In this document: in pieces, positions 56,502 through 64,000 of the stretch
Layout of the letters: each line of letters begins with the position of its first letter
How positions within the stretch are numbered: the stretch's first letter is position 1
Source: Oscillospiraceae bacterium
Lineage (GTDB): Bacteria > Bacillota > Clostridia > Oscillospirales > Ruminococcaceae
Direction: 5' to 3'
Length of the DNA stretch: 64,000 nt
Assembly: GCA_017439985.1 (NCBI GenBank)
Contig: JAFSIC010000028.1
Span: 996-64,995 of the forward strand
Notes under the pieces: model-generated
The model's input: only the letters and a program-made list of their open reading frames with translations
Databases searched by the model: none
Told to the model about the DNA's origin: nothing
Position numbers and translations under genes: made by a program

Positions 56502-57059
56502 ATGAGTCCTGAAATGGAACTGACTTACGGCAGACCGGCAAGCAGCGAGGGTCGTCTGGAAAAAGAGATCCGCGTTTATGACCTGCTGGATCAGCTGGGG
56601 ATTGAATATTGGCGGGTGGATCATGCACCTGCTTTTGATATGGAAGTCTGCAAAGCGATCGATGAGGCTCTGCAGGCAATTATTTGCAAAAATCTGTTTC
56701 TCTGCAATCGACAGAAAACCAAGTTTTATCTGTTGATGATCCCGGGGGACAAGGTGTTCAAAACGAAGGAGCTGTCCCATCAGATCGGCAGCAGCCGTCT
56801 TTCCTTTGCAGATCCCGAGGACATGGAGAAATATCTGGATATTACACCGGGTTCCATGAGTTTGATGGGCTTGATGAACGATCCTGATAATAATGTTCGT
56901 CTGCTGGTGGATGAAGATGTGCTGAAGGACGAGTGGCTGGGCTGCCACCCGTGTATCAACACATCCAGTATGCGTCTGAGAACTGCCGATGCGTTCGGCA
57001 AATTCCTGGAAGCAGTCCATCATGACATGACCGTTGTCAAACTGGTCGGAGAAGATTAA
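56502..57059 (+). CDS. YbaK/ProX-type aminoacyl-tRNA editing domain protein
   Basis: ICKNLFLCNRQKTKFYLLMIPGDK ... ITPGSMSLMGL ... HPCINT pattern of prolyl-tRNA-synthetase-associated editing proteins. Confidence 0.75.
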   Translation: MSPEMELTYGRPASSEGRLEKEIRVYDLLDQLGIEYWRVDHAPAFDMEVCKAIDEALQAIICKNLFLCNRQKTKFYLLMIPGDKVFKTKELSHQIGSSRLSFADPEDMEKYLDITPGSMSLMGLMNDPDNNVRLLVDEDVLKDEWLGCHPCINTSSMRLRTADAFGKFLEAVHHDMTVVKLVGED

Positions 57060-57088
57060 ATACATTTTATATAACAGGGGGAACTACT

Positions 57089-58099
57089 ATGAAGTACACA
57101 ACATTAGGTAAAACCGGTCTGAACGTATCCGTTGTTGGTCTCGGCGGTATTCCGATCCAGAGAACCGACGTGGAAGGCACTCGCAAGGTCATTGATGCCT
57201 GCGTGGAATGCGGCGTAAACTACATCGACACCGCTCGTGGATACACTGTTTCCGAAGAATATCTCGGTGAAGTGCTGGAAGGCAGACGCGATAAATTCAT
57301 TCTTGCTACCAAAACCATGGCTCGTGACTACGATGGTATGAAAGCTGACATCGAAAAGAGCCTGAAAAATCTGCGCACCAACTACATCGATCTGTATCAG
57401 ATTCATAACATCAAAACCGATGCCGAATTCGATACCTGCTTCGGTGAAAACGGTGCATATAAAGCTCTGCTGGAGGCAAAAGCAGAAGGCAAAATCGGTC
57501 ATATCGGTGCAACCGCTCATGGTCTGGAAGCATTTGAACGTCTGATCACTGAGTTTGAAGATAAAATCGAAACCATCATGTTCCCATTCAATATCGTGGA
57601 ATCTCAGGGTCTGGAACTGATGAAAAAATGCACCGAAAAGAATATTGCTTTTATCGCAATGAAACCAATGGCCGGCGGTAATCTGGAAGACGGCACTCTG
57701 GCAATGAAATACATCCTCAATAACCCAGACTGCACCATCGCGATCCCGGGTATGGGCGATGCAAAAGAAGTATACGAAAACTGTGCTGCTGTTGACGCAG
57801 GCGAACTGAATGAAGAAGACAAAGCTGCTTGTCAGAAAATCATTTCTGAGCTGGGTAAAAACTTCTGCCGCCGCTGCGGTTACTGCGCACCATGTCCACA
57901 GGGTATTAACATCCCAAGCAACTTCCTCTTTGCAAACTACCTGCGTCACTATGGTCTGGCAGAGTGGGCAAAAGGCCGTTACTACTCCATGGAAAAAACT
58001 GCAAAAGATTGTATCAAATGCGGTGTATGTGAAACTCGCTGCCCATACGAACTGCCAATTCGTGAGATGCTTGTTAAAGTAGCAGAAGATATGAAATAA
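57089..58099 (+). CDS. aldo/keto reductase with C-terminal 4Fe-4S ferredoxin-like domain
   Basis: The AKR N-terminus is MKYTTLGKTGLNVSVVGLGG...IDTARGY. The C-terminal Cys clusters are CRRCGYCAPCP and CIKCGVCETRCP. Confidence 0.85.
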   Translation: MKYTTLGKTGLNVSVVGLGGIPIQRTDVEGTRKVIDACVECGVNYIDTARGYTVSEEYLGEVLEGRRDKFILATKTMARDYDGMKADIEKSLKNLRTNYIDLYQIHNIKTDAEFDTCFGENGAYKALLEAKAEGKIGHIGATAHGLEAFERLITEFEDKIETIMFPFNIVESQGLELMKKCTEKNIAFIAMKPMAGGNLEDGTLAMKYILNNPDCTIAIPGMGDAKEVYENCAAVDAGELNEEDKAACQKIISELGKNFCRRCGYCAPCPQGINIPSNFLFANYLRHYGLAEWAKGRYYSMEKTAKDCIKCGVCETRCPYELPIREMLVKVAEDMK

Positions 58100-58118
58100 T
58101 CCCAAAGGAGCCTTTAAG

Positions 58119-59342
58119 ATGAAAAAGACTGTTCTGAGAGAATATGCAAAACTGATCGTCCGCGTGGGCGCTAATGTTCAGAAAGGTCAGGATGTTGTTG
58201 TTAATGCAGGTCTGGACCAGCCTGAATTTGTAAAAATGGTAGTGGAAGAAGCTTATAAAGCAGGTGCTGCCAATGTTATGGTACAGTGGAGCTATCAGCC
58301 GCTGACCAAACTGGATGTTCGCTACAAAACTCTGAAAAACCTCTCCGCTGTTCAGGAGTGGGAAAAAGCAAAATGGCAGCACTTTGTTGATAAAATGCCT
58401 GCTATGATCCATCTTTCTTCCGCAGACCCGGATGGTTTGAAGGGCATGAACGTTGCGAAATTCTCCAAAGCAAATCAGGCAAGCCGCAAGGTGATCAAAC
58501 CATACCGTGACCAGATGGACAACAAATATCAGTGGTGTATTGCAGCAGTTCCTGGTGAAGCTTGGGCGAAGAAAGTATTCCCTGGCTGCAGCAAACGTCA
58601 GGCTGTGGAAAAAATGTGGGAAGCAATTCTCAACTGCGCAAGAGCAAACGGCGATGCGGTTGCTGCTTGGGATGAGCACAACAAAGATCTGATCTCCCGC
58701 TGCCAGCACCTGACCGATATGGGTATCAAATCTCTGCATATCACCGCAGATAACGGCACTGATTTTACCGTAGAACTGATCGAAGAATCTCACTGGTGCG
58801 GCGGTGGTGACACTACAATCGACGGTATTTACTTTAATCCAAATATGCCGACCGAGGAATGCTTCATCTCTCCAATGAAGGGCAAAGCAGAAGGTATCGT
58901 GTACTCCACCAAACCGCTGTCCTATCAGGGTCAGCTGATTGAAAACTTCTCCGTTCGCTTTGAAAACGGTAAAGCAGTGGAAGTTCACGCTGAAAAAGGT
59001 GAGGAAGCCCTGAAAGCGATGATCTCTATGGACGAAGGCGCTTCCTATCTGGGTGAAGTTGCTCTGGTTCCGGAGAGAAGCCCAATCGCAGAAAGCGGTC
59101 TGCTCTTCTACAACACTCTCTTCGATGAAAACGCTGCCTGCCATCTGGCAATCGGTGCCGGTTTCACCAACACCATCAATAACTTTGAAGAAAAAACCAT
59201 GGAAGAGTGCCATGCAATGGGCGTCAATGAATCCATGACTCATGTTGACTTTATGATCGGCTGTGCATCTATGAACATTGATGCAACCTGTCGTGATGGT
59301 CAGGTTCGTCCGGTATTCCGCAACGGCAACTGGGCGTTCTAA
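58119..59342 (+). CDS. M29-family aminopeptidase (AmpS/PepS-like)
   Basis: LREYAKLIVRVGANVQKGQ N-terminus and C-terminal HLAIGAGF...HVDFMIG metal-site pattern. Confidence 0.85.
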   Translation: MKKTVLREYAKLIVRVGANVQKGQDVVVNAGLDQPEFVKMVVEEAYKAGAANVMVQWSYQPLTKLDVRYKTLKNLSAVQEWEKAKWQHFVDKMPAMIHLSSADPDGLKGMNVAKFSKANQASRKVIKPYRDQMDNKYQWCIAAVPGEAWAKKVFPGCSKRQAVEKMWEAILNCARANGDAVAAWDEHNKDLISRCQHLTDMGIKSLHITADNGTDFTVELIEESHWCGGGDTTIDGIYFNPNMPTEECFISPMKGKAEGIVYSTKPLSYQGQLIENFSVRFENGKAVEVHAEKGEEALKAMISMDEGASYLGEVALVPERSPIAESGLLFYNTLFDENAACHLAIGAGFTNTINNFEEKTMEECHAMGVNESMTHVDFMIGCASMNIDATCRDGQVRPVFRNGNWAF

Positions 59343-59356
59343 GCAAATATTGATCA

Positions 59357-59392
59357 AAAGCCGCCGTGTCCATAAGATGCGGCGGCTTTTTT
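59357..59392 (+). terminator. intrinsic terminator after M29 gene
   Basis: GCCGCCG-(13 nt)-CGGCGGC followed by TTTTTT. Confidence 0.75.
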
Positions 59393-59405
59393 ACAGGAGA
59401 ATACA

Positions 59406-60782
59406 ATGAAACGTAATGAACTGGAACAGGTCTTATCTTTTTTGCTGGAGCAGGGCATTGATTTTGCGGAGCTGTTTCTGGAGGACAGGCGAACCCAGGA
59501 GCTGCGCTGGGAAAATAAAAATCCCACTGGCAGTCAATCAGTGCGTTTGTACGGAGTTGGTCTGCGCTTGATCCATCGGGGAGAGGTCATTTATACACAC
59601 AGCAACGACGTCTCTCCGGACGGTTTGATGAAACTGGCAAAGCGCTCTCTGGAGTTTCTGCAGAATCGTGGGGAAAAACGAATCATTTCATCACAGAGAA
59701 CGCAGTTGCTCCGGAATCCAAATCAAATTCAAATCCTGCCGTCTGCCGTTGAATTAAAGAGAAAATGGGTTGTTCTGAAAGAAACCGATGCGGCGATTCT
59801 TGGCGCAGGACTCCCTCTTATGAATCATCGTCTGCAATACAGTGATATGGAGCAGCAGGTACAAATCGCTAATACAGAAGGTATTTATGCCGAGGAGCAG
59901 CGTATGGTCAGCCGTATGCGCTGTTATTATACTGTCGGTGACAGCAGAAAAGCTCAGTCTGACTGGTGCGATTTCGTGAAGCCTGTCGGTTTTGAAGCAT
60001 GGGAAAGCGAAGAACATCAGCGCTACTTCATTGAACAGATCAAATCGACGAATACAACACTGCATGCTCAACCGTTGAAGGCCTGTGTGCTTCCCGTTGT
60101 GATGGAAGCCGGTGCCTGCGGTACGCTCTGGCATGAATGCTGCGGCCATACCCTGGAAGCAATCGCAATTTCCGAGGGACGCAGTGATTTTATCGGAAAA
60201 ATCGGGCAGAAAATTGCGTCAGAAAAGGTGACCCTCATTGATGATGGTACCATTCCCGGTTTATACGGTTCTTCTGCTTATGATGACGAGGGTCAGCCTC
60301 GCCGCCGCAATGTTCTGATTGAAAACGGCGTGCTGAAAGATTACCTCTGTGATCGCTATCATGGTGAAAAAATCGGAAGAAGCAGCAATGGCTGTGGCCG
60401 TCGTCAAGACTACACTTTTGCACCAACATCCCGTATGAGCAATACATTCCTCGAAGCCGGTCATGACGATGAGGAAGAGATCATTCGCTCTCTGGCAGAA
60501 GGTCTTTATGTAAAACGTCTTGGTGGAGGCAGCGGCGGACAGATTTTCTCGTTGGCTTGCAGTGAAGCGTGGATGATCAAAAACGGTCAGCTGGCGTATC
60601 CTGTATCCCGCTGTATGCTGACGGGAAATGGACTGGAAGTGATGCAGAAAGTTGATCGAGTGGGCAGAACACTGAAAACGGAGTACGGCTCTTTCTGCGG
60701 TGCGTCATCCGGTTTAGTTGGTGTAACTGCCTTCCAGCCAAGAGTACGTATCAGTGAAATGGTGATCGGAGGGGAAGCGTAA
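59406..60782 (+). CDS. tldD: TldD-family metalloprotease
   Basis: HExxxH variant HECCGHTLE and the GGG..GQ / C-terminal TldD fold pattern, 458 aa. Confidence 0.8.
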   Translation: MKRNELEQVLSFLLEQGIDFAELFLEDRRTQELRWENKNPTGSQSVRLYGVGLRLIHRGEVIYTHSNDVSPDGLMKLAKRSLEFLQNRGEKRIISSQRTQLLRNPNQIQILPSAVELKRKWVVLKETDAAILGAGLPLMNHRLQYSDMEQQVQIANTEGIYAEEQRMVSRMRCYYTVGDSRKAQSDWCDFVKPVGFEAWESEEHQRYFIEQIKSTNTTLHAQPLKACVLPVVMEAGACGTLWHECCGHTLEAIAISEGRSDFIGKIGQKIASEKVTLIDDGTIPGLYGSSAYDDEGQPRRRNVLIENGVLKDYLCDRYHGEKIGRSSNGCGRRQDYTFAPTSRMSNTFLEAGHDDEEEIIRSLAEGLYVKRLGGGSGGQIFSLACSEAWMIKNGQLAYPVSRCMLTGNGLEVMQKVDRVGRTLKTEYGSFCGASSGLVGVTAFQPRVRISEMVIGGEA

Positions 60783-62068
60783 TGGAGATTTTCAAACGAT
60801 ATCGCGATTACCTTCAGACCTTAAAAGATCAAGAAGGTCTCTATGAAGTCAACGGCGAGCATCGCTCCCTGTTATCCATCGAATACACTGACGGTGTTCG
60901 TACCGCAGTAAAAGCGACAGATGAGAGCAGTCTTTACGCACGAGCCGGCAACACAAACCTCGGTTCTGCTTTGAGCCAGTGTTTAACAGAGTCGCCGGAA
61001 GAATTGCTGGCGACAGCCATTTCCATGTGTACTGATTCATTGGTACCGATGTCAGCCAAGTACCAGAGCCATCAAAGCAATTACGAAGCGGTTCAGCATC
61101 TTGGCTCTGCACAGGAGCTGGAAGAACAGCTTAAAGCGATAGATAAAGAGCTGCCGTTTGACGGGAAGACACTGAATTTGCAGGAAGTGGTCGAGACACG
61201 CTGGGTTTGCAATCAGCATGGATTGGCTCGTCAGTTCAGCCGCAAGCGCCTGGAACTGGATGTGGACTACCTTGGACTGCATTGGAATTGCTCTGCGTCA
61301 GCTGCGGCTCTTGATTTGAGCAATCTGAAAATTGATATGGAAGATCAGAGACAAAATCAGCTGCCGCTCGGACACTGCTCATCGGGAGTATATCCTGCGG
61401 TTTTCAGTAATTTTGCTTTTACAAAATTCTGGGTGACCGGCTGGCAGCTATTCAGCGGATTGGCACAGCAAAACGGAGCCAGTGCATTTGGAGGGAGAAT
61501 AGGTGAGCATATTGCGTCCGCGCAGCTGTCATTGTTTGACGTTGCGGAAGACGGCGATACAGGCTACGCCTATCCGTTTGACTGCGAAGGAAGGAACGGA
61601 GAAGCAGTCCCGCTGATTCAGCATGGAGTACTGACTTCTGCGCTTCATAACATGAGTACGGGAGAGAGCACAGGCAATGCGGGAAGAACCCTCGGTCTTG
61701 TCAAGGGAAACGCCATCAGTGTAACACCGAAAAATTTTCTCTTTGACTGCGGAGCCTTTTCCACAAAGGAACTTCTTGCAAAATTAGATGATGGTCTCTA
61801 TATTTTTGATGTTTTTGATGAGTTCCACGGCATCAATGTGGCATCGGGACAGTTTAGTTTCCCGTGCAAAGCGGCGCGTATCGTTAATGGAGAGAAGACG
61901 GAATTACTGGAAGGGCTGACGATAAACGGACACATCAGCGATTTGCTGCAAGCGGTACAGGCTGTGGGCGATCATCGCTGCTATATGCCGTTGCTGATGC
62001 ATCAATGCTGGCAGGTAGGAGCACCGGCAATTCTCGTTTCAGAAGTTCAAGTAACAGGGAATGAGTAG
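60782..62068 (+). CDS. pmbA: PmbA/TldE-family protein (partner of TldD)
   Basis: Paralogous fold lacking the HExxxH motif. Its start overlaps the tldD stop (TAATG). Confidence 0.75.
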   Translation: MEIFKRYRDYLQTLKDQEGLYEVNGEHRSLLSIEYTDGVRTAVKATDESSLYARAGNTNLGSALSQCLTESPEELLATAISMCTDSLVPMSAKYQSHQSNYEAVQHLGSAQELEEQLKAIDKELPFDGKTLNLQEVVETRWVCNQHGLARQFSRKRLELDVDYLGLHWNCSASAAALDLSNLKIDMEDQRQNQLPLGHCSSGVYPAVFSNFAFTKFWVTGWQLFSGLAQQNGASAFGGRIGEHIASAQLSLFDVAEDGDTGYAYPFDCEGRNGEAVPLIQHGVLTSALHNMSTGESTGNAGRTLGLVKGNAISVTPKNFLFDCGAFSTKELLAKLDDGLYIFDVFDEFHGINVASGQFSFPCKAARIVNGEKTELLEGLTINGHISDLLQAVQAVGDHRCYMPLLMHQCWQVGAPAILVSEVQVTGNE

Positions 62069-62126
62069 AGCACAGTCTGTACATCAAAACAAATGAAAAC
62101 GATGATTGATTCAAGGAGTGGGGAGA

Positions 62127-62894
62127 ATGAACGATTTACTGGATCGTATCTGGGAAACGAAAAATAAAAACTGCCTGTTGTTTGCTTATCCCCAGCCAAT
62201 TACGGAATCCTTACTTCGTTGGGTCGATGAAAACAATCCACAGCATTATAATAAAAATCATTTTCTGGCATTGGAAGAGCTGAACGAGTTCGATTTACAG
62301 GCGGCAGTGGAATTTCAAAAACGGGCTGGTTTGCAAGGTTTTCTGCTGAAAAGCCGAAAAAGACTGCCCAATGAGTTGATTGTGCATTTCGGACTGAAAG
62401 AGGAAAAACAGCTGTTGATGGCACAGTTGATAGACCGAAGTGCAGCGTGGAAAACAAACCCTGCGGTTCAAATCAAAGACTGCCGAAGCACTGTCGTTGC
62501 TGATGATTTGATGGTGGCTTGTGTTTCTCTGACCGAAGATCCAAATCGACAGCGTTGGATTCGTCATACGATGAAAGAAGCTCTGGAAGCTGCCCGCAGG
62601 CATCCCAATTATCACTGGCTGGTAGCTTATGAAAGCGGGCAGATCATAGGTCGCTGTTACGCATTCGCAGACTGCGGCTGTGTGCAGATGGAAGATTTAT
62701 GGGTCGCTCCACACGCACGGCAGCGTCATGCTGCCACATCGCTGATGAAATATGTGCGGGATCATTTTGATGGTTTGTTTTTCCTGCATACCGAGGCAGA
62801 GGACAGCGTGAAAAGTATGTACGGGAAATTGGGCTTTGAGATTGTTGATGAAGTTTATGAATACAGTAAAGTCTGGGGGAATCCACATGAATAA
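62127..62894 (+). CDS. GNAT-family acetyltransferase with unknown N-terminal domain
   Basis: C-terminal GNAT core VQMEDLWVAPHARQRHAATSLMKYV...MYGKLGF. Start ATG 62127 follows AAGGAG. Confidence 0.65.
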   Translation: MNDLLDRIWETKNKNCLLFAYPQPITESLLRWVDENNPQHYNKNHFLALEELNEFDLQAAVEFQKRAGLQGFLLKSRKRLPNELIVHFGLKEEKQLLMAQLIDRSAAWKTNPAVQIKDCRSTVVADDLMVACVSLTEDPNRQRWIRHTMKEALEAARRHPNYHWLVAYESGQIIGRCYAFADCGCVQMEDLWVAPHARQRHAATSLMKYVRDHFDGLFFLHTEAEDSVKSMYGKLGFEIVDEVYEYSKVWGNPHE

Positions 62895-63642
62895 GGATGT
62901 ACAGGCGATTCGCTGCTGCGAGGATCGATGGAGGGAACTCTTTGCGGTCAGACAGCCATTTCGGGATGGAATCATCCGCTGGAACAATAAGAATCTGCGT
63001 GATCAGTACACCACCAATACTTTTTTCTCAGAGCAAGAACTGTGCCGAGACGATGTGCAGGCAGCCGAGAGGTATCAACAAGAACACGATCTTTCATTTC
63101 TGCAGTTGATGTGCCGAAAACCACTGAAGGCAGAGCTGGTTCAGGAATTTTCATTAAAAGAGGAACTGGTTTTGACTATGCAGCTGAAAGGGGATAGCTG
63201 CCACTGGAAGGAAAATGCTCTTGTTCAAATCAAAGACGTACAATATGATGACATTGAACAGGAACTCATCAACTTCCATCTGCAGCAGGAAGCAGAAGCA
63301 CTGAAGCAAAGCGACTACGCCAAACGCCAGATTCTGCAGGATATGGACGCAGCGAAGAAACACCTGGAGTATCATTGGCTGGCAGCATATCTGCATGGAG
63401 AAATTGCGGGAATCTGTCATGTGCTTAGTTATGCCGGTTGTGTGGAAATCGATGATTTGGTTGTTGATGAGTCGTTCCGCAACCAATATGTAGCAACGAC
63501 GATCTTAAAATATGCTGCACAGCATTTTGATGGGATCAAATATCTCCATGCGGACGCAGAGGGTACTGCCAAGCAATTGTATGAAAAGCTTGGTTTTACT
63601 CAAGTTGACCTTTGCTGGGAATATCGAAAGGTATGGAGCTGA
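62887..63642 (+). CDS. GNAT-family acetyltransferase, tandem paralogue of the preceding gene
   Basis: Collinear similarity to 62127..62894 (for example HWLVAY/HWLAAY, GCVQMEDLWV/GCVEIDDLVV, MYGKLGFEIV/LYEKLGFTQV). The ATG overlaps the upstream stop. Confidence 0.65.
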   Translation: MNKDVQAIRCCEDRWRELFAVRQPFRDGIIRWNNKNLRDQYTTNTFFSEQELCRDDVQAAERYQQEHDLSFLQLMCRKPLKAELVQEFSLKEELVLTMQLKGDSCHWKENALVQIKDVQYDDIEQELINFHLQQEAEALKQSDYAKRQILQDMDAAKKHLEYHWLAAYLHGEIAGICHVLSYAGCVEIDDLVVDESFRNQYVATTILKYAAQHFDGIKYLHADAEGTAKQLYEKLGFTQVDLCWEYRKVWS

Positions 63643-63765
63643 AAATGGCTTAAATAAGCCACTGCAACCACCGGTTGACAAAGTTCCAAGTCCGCTTGGT
63701 AGTGATTTTACAATACTTTTGCTATGATTTAGTCAAAGAAAACAGCAAAAGAAAGAGGTGTCCTT

Positions 63766-64000
63766 ATGATCCTTGCAGAAAAAATTATGCAGTTGAGAAA
63801 GAAGAATGGCTGGTCTCAGGAAGAGTTAGCAGAGCAGCTGAATGTGTCACGACAGTCCGTTTCCAAATGGGAAAGCGCACAGTCTATTCCCGATTTGAAC
63901 AAGATCCTTGCTATGAGTGAACTCTTCGGCGTCAGCACGGATTACTTACTGAAAGACGATGCGGAAGAGATTCCGACCGAACCGGTCATGGAAGAGAAAG
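63766..64000 (+). CDS. XRE-family HTH transcriptional regulator (3' end beyond window)
   Basis: ATG 63766 follows GAAAGAGGTG. MILAEKIMQLRKKNGWSQEELAEQLNVSRQSVSKWESAQSIPDLNKIL is a classic Cro/C1-type HTH. The frame is open to the window end. Confidence 0.8.
   Translation, partial: MILAEKIMQLRKKNGWSQEELAEQLNVSRQSVSKWESAQSIPDLNKILAMSELFGVSTDYLLKDDAEEIPTEPVMEEK

Overview
This is a 64-kb chromosomal core segment of a Firmicute, probably a Clostridia anaerobe (Oscillospiraceae/Ruminococcaceae-like). The assignment rests on gene content and order (hprK-murB-rapZ-whiA-dnaE; aroF-aroB-aroA-aroC-pheA; lepB-rbgA-rnhB-yraN; tig-clpP-clpX; nfnAB), GGAGG-type ribosome-binding sites, frequent GTG/TTG starts and genome-encoded CCA on all tRNAs. 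I call about 60 CDS and five tRNAs: a Gly-Arg-His-Gln cluster on the minus strand and tRNA-Leu on the plus strand. I also call several sigma-A-like promoters and intrinsic terminators. I saw no rRNA, CRISPR array, transposase, integrase or phage genes. Most genes are housekeeping, and a small accessory-looking islet lies at about 49.1-53.0 kb. The most unusual signal is non-coding. Both tRNA-Gln and tRNA-Leu are followed by roughly 185-195-nt units. Each unit starts with an intrinsic terminator and an inverted copy of that tRNA's T-arm, and ends with a direct copy of that tRNA's 3' end including CCA. One unit at each locus shares a non-tRNA scaffold of two hairpins with compensatory stem changes and a near-identical 11-nt loop. 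This resembles the tRNA-linked repeats of the E. coli tyrT locus, but here it looks like a family of structured elements that carry tRNA-specific ends. Secondary leads are a Phe-rich leader ORF plus terminator upstream of the aro-pheA operon, a candidate small RNA downstream of nfnB, a recurring TGCAGGATT motif, and a split BcrAD-type activase/DUF2229 pair. All functional calls come from reading motifs by eye. No database search or folding program was run.
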